Origin: Convolutriloba macropyga
Lineage: Eukaryota
NCBI RefSeq assembly: GCF_964194025.1
Contig: NC_134475.1
Span: forward strand, 20,212,001 to 20,276,000
DNA: 64,000 nt
Direction of reading: 5' to 3'
In this document: positions 1 through 11,510 of the stretch, one piece after another
Layout: each line of letters begins with the position of its first letter
How positions within the stretch are numbered: the first letter of the stretch is position 1
The notes under the pieces: generated by a model
What the model was told of the DNA's origin: nothing
The model's database searches: none
What the model saw: the letters and a program-made list of their open reading frames with translations, nothing else
Made by a program: the position numbers and the translations under genes

Positions 1-726
1 TGCCAAACCTGGCTGGAAATGGTGTTAAACTCTATCAGTTCAAAGTAAGTTTATTAGAGCCTTATCTCGGAAAAGACGTTGATCTAAAAAAATTCACGTC
101 TGGAAAAATGAGAAATAAGATCGGACTATGCCATTTTCTCAGTGGCAGGTGTTAATGCATCTTCTAGACGCATTTTAAGACAACTTTAACAAAAGTTTTC
201 AATATAAATTAGTAACGAAATTCAAGAATCTAGCTCGAAATCTTATTTATCACATTCTCCTAAACGGCCAATCGGCTATACCCGGTACTGTTGCATAGTA
301 ATCTAAGGGTATTTTGCTCAAAGACCTCGCAGAATGAGCTCAGAAAACATTTTTTATTTTCATGATTTCGTCATGCACAGTAGGTTTTGATTCTTTTCTC
401 TGTTCATACAAAAATCAAAATACATTTTGAAATTTTCGAGAAAAAAATTGAAGTTTTGCACGATGCACAAACATGATAACTGCGAAAACCAGGGAAATTA
501 GCAAAATCGAGGGTTTCTGCAGACAAAAACCGGTAATTAAAAGGCAAAACCAGTGCAAAATCAGTTAGCACCAATTAAAGAGTTGAAAACCAGTTAAACT
601 ATTGGTTTTGCAATAAACGTTTTTTCTTTTCAGGTTGTTATATATTAATTTTTTTTTAGGTAGTTATGTGACAAAATAATTAAAAAACAGCCGATTGTTT
701 TTATCAGACAATAAGCCAATAAACGA

Positions 727-832
727 TGGGGGTGTGACAATAGGTGGATCTTTTCCGTTTGTGCCCCCCAGTTACAGAGCACGTCTAGTAATCTAATAAT
801 GACCAAATAATAGGCGCCCACTAAGCTGAAGG
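727..832 (-). repeat. Short interspersed repeat, related to 45773-45915
   Basis: The reverse complement shares GGGGCACAAACGGAAAA.ATCCA and ACGTGCTCTGTAA.TGGGG with 45773-45915. Confidence 0.5.
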
Positions 833-875
833 GCGCCCGCAGATTCCGAGGACGAGTTAAGTTGATTTAAAGTTA

Positions 876-1967
876 ATGTTCTTCAATTCCGTAACAAGTA
901 ACCCCGACTGTGAGTTGGTTATCTTCTAGAGCAATCTCAGAATTATTTAGCCTAATTGTTGTGATAAACTTATTAAATAGCTTGAGTTGAATGCAGAGGA
1001 CTGCCATGGACAACATTGAAAGAGCGGTGAATAACATGAAACATGGGAATCCACAATGTGCAAGTGTCCTGGAGCTACTCACCAACGAGGTTTCTGAATT
1101 AAAAAAACAACCCAAATTGTGCATCTTACAAACTGCGTGAATGAATTATCAGACAGAGTCCTACAATTGGAACGATACAGCCGCAAAGATTGTTCAATCT
1201 TTAACAATTTCACATATGCATGGCATTCGGCGGACAGTATCCAAGAGCAAGTGTTACAGTTTATTAATAACATATTCAACGCCCATCTCACCCATGCTGG
1301 GATCAAAGCCTGTCATTTTCTAAGGAGCGCAATAGCTAGTCAATTTTCGGTTATCATCAAGTTTGTCTATTTCGAAGATAAAAACTACATCTGGAGATCT
1401 CAGTCATTGCTCTACGGAATAAGTAACAAGTCAAACAACAAATACATTCAAATGAAAGAATGTTTACCCGAGAAAGATAGAGAGGTCCTCAAGTACGCCA
1501 CGGTAGAGAAAAACCTTAAAGTTTCAACGAACAATTGTGCGGTTAAACTGGAAGTACCTAATGGCCAAAGAAAGGACTATATCGAAGTCAAAACGAAACA
1601 GGACGTCGATAAGCTAACTAAATTTTCCTCAAAGCGTAAGAACACTCGACGAGCATCTCAACAACCAAGTGCTCCACAACAAACAGCTGACAGTCTCATA
1701 CAAACGACAACAACTGTTGCATCCAATCCAGCGCCTATGTCATTTCACCCTACACCAAGCAGAGGCGTAACGAGACGACGAGAAATAACTCCAAAAGATG
1801 ATAAGTACTCATCGCTCCTGAATGAATTACGTGACCATGCGGAAAACCCCAATATGTTGAAAAATTAAGTGCTTGGTTTGTTGAACAATTCACCTGACCA
1901 TAAATTGTGTGCTGTAGATATTGATGATAACCAGGGTTTCATTGTTGGAAATACTTTTCGAGATTAA
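876..1967 (+). pseudogene. LINE ORF1, disrupted (copy 1)
   Basis: ORF 1119-1868 has a coiled-coil ending in LERYSRKD followed by an RRM-like region (IKACHFL...VIIKFVYF), as in CR1/L2 ORF1. There is a frameshift near 1110 and a premature TAA at 1866 that reads through in copy 2. The start position is approximate. Confidence 0.75.
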
Positions 1968-4900
1968 GTACCTATCGGTGCTGCACTTGAACATCAGGTC
2001 AATTAAGAGACATCACGAAGAACTAGAGGCACTTTTATTAAACTTTAATCATACTCCTAGCGTTCTCGCACTAACAGAGACTTGGCTAACGTACGCTGAC
2101 GCACCCTATTGCTTTAACCTTACCGGAAACAACACCGTTCTAAGTCGAAACCACAAATCACGAAGTGCTGGTGTGATCATTCAAATTAAAGATGGTTTTG
2201 ATGTACTGGGAGAGCTATATATTAATCTAGAGGAAAGCATTGCTGTAAAAGTTTTCCACCAAGGCTTATATTTTGTACTTATTGTTGTTTACAACCAACC
2301 AAGATCAAATAAAGTGGAATTCCTTGAGCGAATTGAAGCACTTCTTGAGTCACTTCAATCTTTAATGCCAGTAATAATAATGGTCGATTTGAATATTGAT
2401 ACTTTGAAAAGAAACAATGCATCATCAAAGTTTTTATCAGCTATAGAGTCAAACGATTTTGAGATTGTAGATGGCCAAATAACACGAGTTGGGAATGATT
2501 CAAATACTTGTTTAGATCACGCTGTAGCAAAGGGCTTCAATCATTTAGTTCTCGATATTTTTACTTAACAAAACATTACCGATAACTATCCAGTTTTACC
2601 AACTTTAAATCATAATGATTTTTAGGAAAACAAATGACACGATATCAAGAGCACACGATTTATCTTATTTAAATAATAAATATAGAATTCAAGAAATTCA
2701 ATCGATAGTCGCTAAAAAGTTTCAAACTATTCCATCGGATTTCAACACCTTCCATAAAATTTTCATTGAATTGATTGATATATGTGCTCCCTATAAAGAA
2801 TTTAAATCTAATCAATGTTCCATGCCTAAATACAAAAATAATTATTTGAAAAATAAAATTTCTAGGAGGAATTTTTTGCATCGGAAATGAAAACGAACTA
2901 GTCGATCATCAGATTTAAGGAATTTTAAAGAGGCGAGATTAAAAGTTGAGAAAGCATTAAAGAAGCTGAAGAGAAATTATTATGGCAAATGATTCGAACG
3001 CTGTATCAATGATCCTAAACGAACATATAAATCATTAAATGAACTGCAAGAAAAATCCGAAAGAAAGCAGATTAAGATTGAACAGATAAAGCTAAGTACT
3101 GAAGATATAGTGCAATCTAAATCAGAAATTGCTAATATTTTGAAGGATTACTTCAGCAATATTGCTGTAGAATTGAATAGGAATCACACCACCACTAACT
3201 CTGAGGACGATAACATGAATTCAGATATAGGCAATCGGTCGGAAGCGAATAAACAGTCTTTTTGTTTATGGCTGTCTAAAACAAAGCCATTAGAAGTCAG
3301 AGAGGCGATTGACAACCTCAATATTAAAACTTCTTCGGGTTTATGATATATGCAACCTAGTTGTGAAAAGCTGCAGCGAGTGTTTAGCGCCAATTCTAAT
3401 CGAACTTATATATAATTTTTTTAAGACGGGTATTTTTCCGGAAGATCTAAAACGAGCCCGAGTAGTTCCGCTGCATAAAAAGGGATAGTAAAGCAGATCT
3501 TAATAGTTATCGACCCATATCATTGCTAATTGTATTTAGTAAAATTTTTGAAAGGATAATGTACAATCGCATCTATCAGTACCTAGAACATTTCCAGCTT
3601 TCTTTAGGAAAAAGCATTCAACGATTGATGCGATTGCAGAACTCACTGAGCGGTTGCGAGAGAATTATAAATCAAGAACAGTTACTAGTACAGTTTTTTT
3701 CGGTTATCATCAAATTTGTCTATTTCGAAGATAAAAACTACATCTGGAGATCTCAGTCATTGCTCTACGGAATAAGTAACAAGTCAAACAACAAATACAT
3801 TCAAATGAAAGAATGTTTACCCGAGAAAGATAGAGAGGTCCTCAAGTACGCCACGGTAGAGAAAAACCTTAAAGTTTCAACGAACAATTGTGTGGTTAAA
3901 CTGGAAGTACCTAATGGCCAAAGAAAGGACTATATCGAAGTAAAAACGAAACAGGACGTCGATAAGCTAACTAAATAGGCATCAAATCGTAAGAAGACTC
4001 GACGAGCATCTCAACAACCAAGTGCTCCACAACAACCAGCTGACAGTCTCATACAAACGACAACAACTGTTGCATCCAATCCACCGCCTATGTCATTCCA
4101 CCCTACACCAAGCAGAGGCGTAATGAGACGACGAGAATTAACTCCAAAAGATGATAAGTACTCATCGCTCCTGAATGAATTACGTGACCATGCGGAAAAC
4201 CCCAATATGTTGAAAGATTATGTGCTTGGTTTGTTGAACAATTCACATGACCATAAATTGTGTGCAGTAGATATTGATGATAACCAGGGTTTCATTGTTG
4301 GAAATACTTTTCGAGATTAAGTGCCTATCGGTGCTGCACTTGAACATCAGTTCAATTAAGAAACATCACGAAGAACTAGAGGCACTTTTATTAAACTTTA
4401 ATCATACTCCTAGCATTCTCGCACTAACAGAGACTTGGCTAACGTACGCTGACGCACCCTATTGCTTTAACCTTACCGGAAACAACACCGTTCTAAGTCG
4501 AAACCACAAATCACGTAGTGGTGGTGTGATCATTCAAATTAAAGATGGTTTTGATGTACTGGGAGAGCTATATATTAATCTAGAGGAAAGCATTGCTGTA
4601 AAAATTTCCACCAAGGCTTATATTTTGTAATTATTGTTGTTTACAACCAACCAAGATCGAATAAAGTGAAATTCATTGGGCGACTTGATGAACTTCTTTC
4701 TTGAGTCACTTCAAACTTTAATGCCAGTAATAATAATGGTCGATTTGAATATTGATACTTTGAAAAGAAACAATGCATCATCAAAGTTTTTATCAGCTAT
4801 AGAGTCAAACGATTTTGAGATTGTAGATGGCCAAATAACACGAGTTGGGAATGATTCAAATACTTGTTTAGATCACGCTGTAGCAAAGGGCTTCAATCAT

Positions 4901-6070
4901 TTAGTTCTCGATATTCTTACTTAACAAAACATTACCGATAACTATCCAGTTTTACTAACTTTAAATCATAGTGATTTTACAAAAACCAAAGACACGATAT
5001 CCAGAGCACGCAGTTTATCTTATTTAAATAATAAATATAGAATTCAAGAAATTCAATCGATAGTCGCTAAAAAGTTTCAAATTATACCATCGGATTTCAA
5101 CACCTTCCATAAAATTTTCATTGAATTGATTGATATATTTGCTCCCTATAAAGAATTTAAATCTAATCAATGTTCCAAGCCTAAATACCTAAAAAATTAT
5201 TTGAAAAATAAAATTTCTAGGAGGAATTATTTGCATCGGAAATGGAAACGAACTAGTCGATCATCAGATTTAAGGAATTTTAAAGGGGCGAGATTAAAAA
5301 TTGAAGAAGCATTAAAGAAGCTGAAGAAAAATTATTATAGCAAATGATTCGAACGCTGTATCAATGATCCTAAACAAACATATAAATCATTAAATGAACT
5401 GCAAGGAAAATCCGAAAGAAAGCAGATTAAGATTGAACAGATAAAGCTAAGTACTGAAGATATAGTGCAATCTAAATCAGAAATTGCTAATATTTTGAAT
5501 GATTACTTCAGCAATATTGCTGTAGAATTGAATAGGAATCACACCACCACTAACTCTGAGGACGATAGCATGAATTCAGATATAGGCAATCGGTTGGAAG
5601 CGAATGAACAGTCTTTTTGTTTATGGCTGTCTAAAACAAAGCCATTAGAAGTCAGAGAGGCGATTGACAACCTCAATATTAAAACTTCTTCGGGTTTATG
5701 ATATATGCAACCTAGTTTTGAAAAGCTGCAGCGAGAGTTTAGCGCCAATTCTAATCGAACTTATATATAATTTTTTTAAGACGGGTATTTTTCCGGAAGA
5801 TCTAAAACGAGCCCAAGTAGTTCCGCTGTATAAAGGGGATAGTAAAGCAGATCTTAATAATTTTCGACCCATATCATTGCTAATTGTTTTTAGTAAAATT
5901 TTTGAAAGGATAATGTACAATCGCATCTATCAGTACCTAGAACATTTCCAGCTTCTCTATTCAAAACAATTTGGATTTAGGAAAAAGCATTCAACGATTG
6001 ATGCGATTGCAGAACTCACTGAGCGGTTGCGAGAGAATTATGAATCAAGAACAGTTACTAGTACAGTTTT
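1344..6070 (+). repeat. Direct tandem duplication of ~2.35 kb inside the LINE (1344-3696 / 3697-6070)
   Basis: Offset of 2353 bp near the start of the unit (e.g. 1921 vs 4274). The copies differ by a few percent. The junction CAGTTTTTTT|CGGTTATC joins RT to ORF1. Confidence 0.92.
1924..3696 (+). pseudogene. LINE ORF2 copy 1 (APE endonuclease plus RT N-terminus), truncated at the duplication junction
   Basis: ORFs 1921-2568, 2615-2890, 3110-3346 and the start of 3523 carry endonuclease and RT motifs broken by stops. Confidence 0.85.
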
Positions 6071-6793
6071 CTGGACCTAAGGAAAGCTTTCGACACTATT
6101 GATCATGGCATCTTAGGGAAGAAATTGACTCGTTACGGAATATGTGGCAATGCTAGAAATTGGATTCTTAGTTTTGTAACCGGTCGCTCGCAACGTACCG
6201 ATTGTAATGGTTTTTCATCGGATTAGCGTAAATTAAATTATGGCGTCCCGCAAGGTTCAGTATTAGGGCCGCTCCTGTTTCTCATATACGTGAACGACCT
6301 CTCGGAAGCTTGTAAAAAAGCAGACGTTTACCAATTTGCCGACGATTCGAACGTAAGCGCCCTTGAATGTTCAATTTCGGAATTGAGAGATGACTTAGAA
6401 TCGTTATCTCGCTGGTTACGCGTTAATAAGCTGACACTAAACATTAAAACAAATATCACAAGTAAATTTCATAATTACAGGTGCCTGTAGTTCTAATTCT
6501 ATCTCAAACATTGGTATATCCATAAATGATTTTGCTATTAAAATTGATAATTGTTGTCGCTATCTAGGATAATATATTGATTATAAGCTGCAGTTCAGAG
6601 ATCATATTCATACAGTGGTGGTTAAACTAACGAAGCAGAGTGGTATTATTTCAAAGTTGAGACATTATGTACCCCTAAGTACTTTAATACGTTATTATGA
6701 GGCTAATGTGAAGCCACTTATTCAGTATGGAGTCTTGATATACGGCTGCACAAGTTTTTCAAATCTTTGCAATATCGAAAAATTACAACTATA
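4277..6793 (+). pseudogene. LINE ORF2 copy 2 (endonuclease plus full RT core), disrupted
   Basis: ORFs 4274-4630, 4676-4924, 5126-5347, 5465-5701, 5664-6080 and 6290-6490. GVPQGSVLGPLLF is at ~6242 and YQFADD at ~6330. The C-terminal part (KLRHYVP...LIQYG) ends at ~6793. Confidence 0.9.
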
Positions 6794-7023
6794 AAATTAA
6801 GCGATCGCTATATACCTGTTGCTTTGTTATTTACAATTTTATTTACAATTACATTTTAATAACCACATATAAACAGTGAGTACAATCCAAATTAGTGTTA
6901 ATTGTTGGGTGGCCTTCATTCCTGCTGGCTCCGACCAGCAGGGAAGAGGGCTGCACTAATTTTTAATTTTTTACTGCGGTCTTTTTTGCCAAAGTATAAG
7001 CCCCGTAGCTCTTCTAGTTTACG

Positions 7024-7250
7024 AGATATAGACATTTTAAGATACTAGAAAATTTGCCACGCAAATTAGATAGAATTTTCAGCGAATCTTAGGGAAAAAA
7101 GAGAAAAAAAGGGGAAAAAAGGGAAACAGGAAAAGAGGGGGAAAGGAGAAAAAAGGAAGCAAAAAGGAAGAAAGGAAGAGAAAGGAAAAAAAAAGGAAAG
7201 ATATAGACATTTTAAGATACGAAAAAAAAGAAAAATTTTTTTTTCGTCCA
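7024..7250. repeat. Purine-rich low-complexity tract flanked by a 21-bp direct repeat
   Basis: GATATAGACATTTTAAGATAC occurs at ~7025 and ~7200 on either side of an A/G-rich run. Confidence 0.6.
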
Positions 7251-7494
7251 TGCTGACCTTAAACAGCCTGTGGCAAACTTAATATTTAAATTAGCAACAT
7301 GGGAAACACNNNNNNNNNNNNNNNNNNNNNNNNNNNNNNNNNNNNNNNNNNNNNNNNNNNNNNNNNNNNNNNNNNNNNNNNNNNNNNNNNNNNNNNNNNN
7401 NNNNNNNNNNNNNNNNNNNNNNNNNNNNNNNNNNNNNNATATTATAAAAAAAATTTAAGAACTGAACTCAATTAGTTGAATTTTATGATGTATG

Positions 7495-7659
7495 GCTAGG
7501 TCGGGCAGTTTAAGTGAGCCTCGAGGCTCCGTGTACTGTCCTCTCTCTTACAGTGAATGGAATTAAATGTGTTTTAGTTGTTTAAGTTTGGAAACTGTTT
7601 AATAATAGAGAGAAATAAATTCTCCTTCTTCTTCTTCTTCTTCTTCTTCTTCTTCTTCT
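7495..7659 (+). mobile_element. Probable LINE/SINE 3' end: stem-loop, AATAAA and (TTC)n tail
   Basis: Palindrome GAGCCTCGAGGCTC at 7516-7529 within an outer stem (GGGCAGT/ACTGTCC), AATAAA at 7614-7619, then about 13 TTC units. Confidence 0.5.
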
Positions 7660-7966
7660 GAATATCAGTAGCATGGATGAAGAACTACCGGACGCATGAA
7701 ACATGCATTATCAGAAACCCCCCGTTTATTGGCACGTTTATTTGTTTGTGGAGACAAATTACTCTAAGGTGTGAGAGGGGGCTATAAAGAAGGGAAACTA
7801 TAGTGGGCTAAATTATCCCGGCAAGCCTTCCTTGATTGGCTAGCATTGTGTTGTATCCGTCTATGATCACAGGTATTTTCAGGTTTTGCTGATTCAGTTT
7901 ACTTAAACTGTCACTTTCTTTCTTCCCTCTGAGCTTGCTTAATTGCTAATTAGCTGTTAATGCTTA

Positions 7967-8942
7967 CCCAGGTCTAGGTACAGTCTTATGAAAAGACAAT
8001 GCTCAACCCAAATATACTATGAAAAGACCATACTTGATTCATTTGAGCTATGAAAAGAATTTAGCTGGACTTTAAGACATTATAGGCTTTAGCTCGACTC
8101 AGATTTTTCGCAAAAGACTTTAGCTGGACCCAAAATTTTACAAAAGACTTAAGCTCGACCCAATATTTGGGCTGGACTTAAACTCGACGCAATGTTCGCA
8201 AACAAAGTCGAGTTAAAGTCTTTTCATGGGTCCATCAATCTTCTTTTCATATATCCGTTTTTTTGCCATTAATATTGCCCGTGCAATATTGCATTAACGT
8301 AGTCAGCGTGTATGCTCCTTCTTTTTTTACAACTCAGAAGAACCACTAATCCCTCAAAAACTTCATGATTTTTTTAAAAAAGATAACTCATAATTTTGGA
8401 AGGGGAAAACAAACTGAATAACGCCGAAATTTTGTGATGGCTAATGGGACTAAGACCAATACACTTAAGCTAGCTGGTTTCATTGAATCAAGTAATGTGG
8501 TAATATACTCGAGCTTCCATAACTTTTGATTATCTCAAGATTGGACGAAGATCTTAAGGCTTTCGGCAGTTCTCCAACTGTTTCTTAAAATGGACTGCTC
8601 TGGTGCAAAGCTATTTAGTCTTGCTCCGACTCTGCTTCTGTAAGTACAGAAGCAGGAAAAAAAGAAAAATTTTGGATTTTGAAAAAAAAATAGACTTATG
8701 AAAAGACTAATGGTGGACCCATAAAAAGACCTTTACTCGACTTTGTTGGTTATGTAATGACTAATGGTGGACGCATGAAAAGCACTTTCTTCGTCATGAA
8801 AAGACTTAAGCTCGACCCATGAAAAGATATTAGCTTGACTTTAACTAGGAAGCTCGACCGTGTAATTATAGTCAATATTGCCCCCCCCCCCCCCCCTAAT
8901 AGACTTTTAAGGTCTTTTCTTAAGTCAAGGCCTAGGCCTGGG
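7967..8942. mobile_element. Non-autonomous TIR element (CCC...GGG ends, TA flanks)
   Basis: 31-bp imperfect TIR (CCCAGGTCTAGG...CTTATGAAAAGAC vs CCCAGGCCTAGG...CTTAAGAAAAGAC), TA on both sides, and many internal ATGAAAAGAC / TAGCTCGAC repeats. Confidence 0.8.
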
Positions 8943-8975
8943 TATTATTTAAAACAATCTTTAATGTTTGCATGC

Positions 8976-9165
8976 TAGGGGTAGTGGGGGGCTACTGGTG
9001 TTGCTAGTAGGGGTTGTTGTGGGCTGCTGGTGGCACTACTTCCGGTGGGGGGGCCGCATTTGGTACTAGTAGGGGTGGTGGGGGGGGGGGCGTAGTTGGT
9101 ACTATTGGTGGTCGTGGGGGGCTGCAGTTGGTACTAGGAGGGGTAGTGGGTGGCAGCTGTTAGTA
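8976..9165. repeat. G-rich degenerate ~33-bp tandem repeat
   Basis: Recurrent TGGTACTAGTAGGGGTGGTGGGGG-like units. Confidence 0.6.
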
Positions 9166-10891
9166 TTATTAAATATTTGATTCTCTAAAACTTTTTTATT
9201 ATTTTTAATTTGTGCCTTCTTGAAAACTCAAAACTATTAAATTCTCTTGCTGTGGCTTTTTTTGTTTTATGTATCCTCATCTGACCCTCATAGTGTTCTT
9301 AATGATGTGGGGATTGTCTGGGACAGTGCTACCTCTACAACCCCAACCCAAGTGTGACCACATCTATGATCCCAATCGGTGGAATCAGAAAGCACTGTGA
9401 ACAGATAAATAAGGAGCTAGTTAATTTAGTCAAAATTCAACAATCATGCAGTTGCTTTCTTTCTCTAAGTAGAGTTTAGTGGAGGTTTTTTTTTCTGTAA
9501 CGATTTTTAAGAATTTATGAGCTCTGATTAGAGAAAAAAGGGCTTGAAAACAATTCTGAACAGTTTAAGCAAAATTTAAGAAGTCAATGCTGTTTTTACA
9601 CTGAACAGCCTTCATTTTTTCATAGTATAGAACGACAAGGTCATAATATGTTCATTTTAAAAATGATTCAGCGCTGATTTACTACGTACGTTACTATGAT
9701 ACGGGTATTTTTTTTTTGCTCCAGTTTACCGCATTAATCTAATATTTTTGCATCTTTGCTAATGAGTCGTTGGTGAGCATTTGAGGTTCAGTCTGGCATA
9801 TAGTCTCTTTCTACGAAATGCCTATTTTCAAACCATTCAAATCACGTAAAACCAGTTATAGTTAACATTCGGATTTCTATTTTGAAGTCGGTCAATATAC
9901 TTAGATAAGCAATTTATCTGGAAGGTTTAACAAAATCAATTAATAGTATAAGAGTTTGCTGAAAAATGAATAGAATGTATCTTTGCAGTCTGATATATCA
10001 TACTCATCACAACATTTTTATTGGGTAGAAAATAGAATAAAATATAGCGAAATTTTATCTGCACTAAATCAACCGAATAAGATTTTTGCTATCAGCATAG
10101 GTGGTTTTGGGGATCTATCTTGGTAGCATAACGGATACAGATGAGTTAGGTATTGAGCTGGTATCGAAAACTGTCCTTGCTCCACTTTAAACTCACCTTG
10201 TTTTTTGACTTCCCAAGATAGTGTTTTGTCTACTCTTCTTCGGTCCAGTTAAAATAGTTTCTCTTAAAAAATTAATTAAACTTTCATTTTTACGGAAGGC
10301 GCACACTTTTGTCCTCGATAAACTGCAAAACTGAAATTTAAGTTAAACTTACCTTCGCGTCGTTAATGTGTACTTTTACTTCAATTCAAATTAAGCTAAT
10401 ATTTATCTTAATTATACCTTAACAAAAGTTTGCCATAACTCAGTTAAGGCAAAATTACCTTAGATTTATTTAGTAAGGGGTCAAATTTTTCTATTTTCTG
10501 CGAAATAAACGTATTTTTTAAAATAAAACCATTTTTAAATTTTTGCAAAGATTTGAAGATGATCATTTTTCCGCCAGAGTCAGTCATTATCCTACAAGAT
10601 CCCCAATGTGACTCCCCTTGTGTAACTTGGCCGAAAAAATTGATTCAAACGTATACTAAAATTCACTCGATACAATGACAAAAATAATGAACAAAAATGC
10701 TGTAAAGTAAGCTAAAGAACAATCAAATACGTGATCTGATTCATTAAAGACAGCTCTCAAGTTTGCATTCAACTGTTTATACAAGCATATAAGAATCTTG
10801 TTCTCTTATTAAGCTTAACACGTACCAATAAAAAGTTTATTGTCGATGTCAAATTTGAGAAAATCGTGACTGTGAATTATATTATCAATTT

Positions 10892-10922
10892 AATCACAAC
10901 AGCAACATAGACGTCTAACCTG
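10892..10922 (+). promoter_or_regulatory. Conserved upstream element of the WSCD-like paralogs (palindrome TAGACGTCTA)
   Basis: CACAAC.GC.ACATAGACGTCTAA.CTG is retained upstream of exon 1 at ~10895, ~35653 and ~39855 while sequence further upstream has diverged. Confidence 0.5.
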
Positions 10923-11009
10923 TAAACATCCAACACCACATTCTCTATAATTTTGAGATAATATTAAGTGCTTGATCGTCCACATATTTTTATTTTACAT
11001 TTATCAAAT

Positions 11010-11510
11010 ATGAAACCTACAGATGATTCCAAATTTACCACTGGTTCTGGATTTATTTTAATTTTGATTGCATCATTTTTCGCGCTCCGTTTTATGGCGT
11101 CTAATTTTTTAGCCAGAAAAATGGTTTTACTACCAGCTCATCGAATAACCCAACCAAACTGCTCCGGGATTAACTCTAATTCAGATAAATGCCAAAATGT
11201 GCCGTTTTACGAGTCCCTTAGCGTTTTGCTTGTTACTAAGCAACCTTTATTTACCGGTTGTGTACAGAGAAGTGACCCTAGAATGCAAAAAGTTCCCTCC
11301 ACAACACAGCTCAAATTCGAGCCAATAGATTGCGCATTATTTTGTGTGGGTAGAAACTATTCACGCATGAATATTCGAACAGACGAAATACAGTCTGCAT
11401 GCTTTTGTTCCGGTGATTTGCCAAGTTCCGAAACTGTATGTGAAAATTCTAGTACAGAAATCAATTTCAAGTCCTACAAATTAGACCCTGTATCTATTCC
11501 ATCGGTGAAG
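11010..11510 (+). CDS. WSCD: WSC-domain sulfotransferase paralog A, exon 1 (type II signal anchor plus WSC-like domain 1)
   Basis: ATG at 11010, hydrophobic anchor GFILILIASFFAL, WSC-type Cys pattern FTGC...C-x3-C...C-x-C...C, phase-0 donor AAG|GTAAAA. Confidence 0.85.

Larger units (their letters stand above)
876..6793 (+). mobile_element. Degenerate non-LTR retrotransposon (CR1/L2/Crack group) with an internal tandem duplication
   Basis: ORF1 is followed by an APE endonuclease (HLNIRS, LTETWL, DLNID, CLDH) and RT (VVPLYK, FRPISLL, QFGFRKKHST, DLRKAFDTIDH, GVPQGSVLGPLLF, YQFADD, RYLGI). Many stops and frameshifts. Confidence 0.93.

Noticed and set aside
3523-3978. Apparent RT-ORF1 fusion protein
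   Set aside because: By-product of a deletion frameshift plus the duplication junction in a dead LINE, with a non-ATG start.
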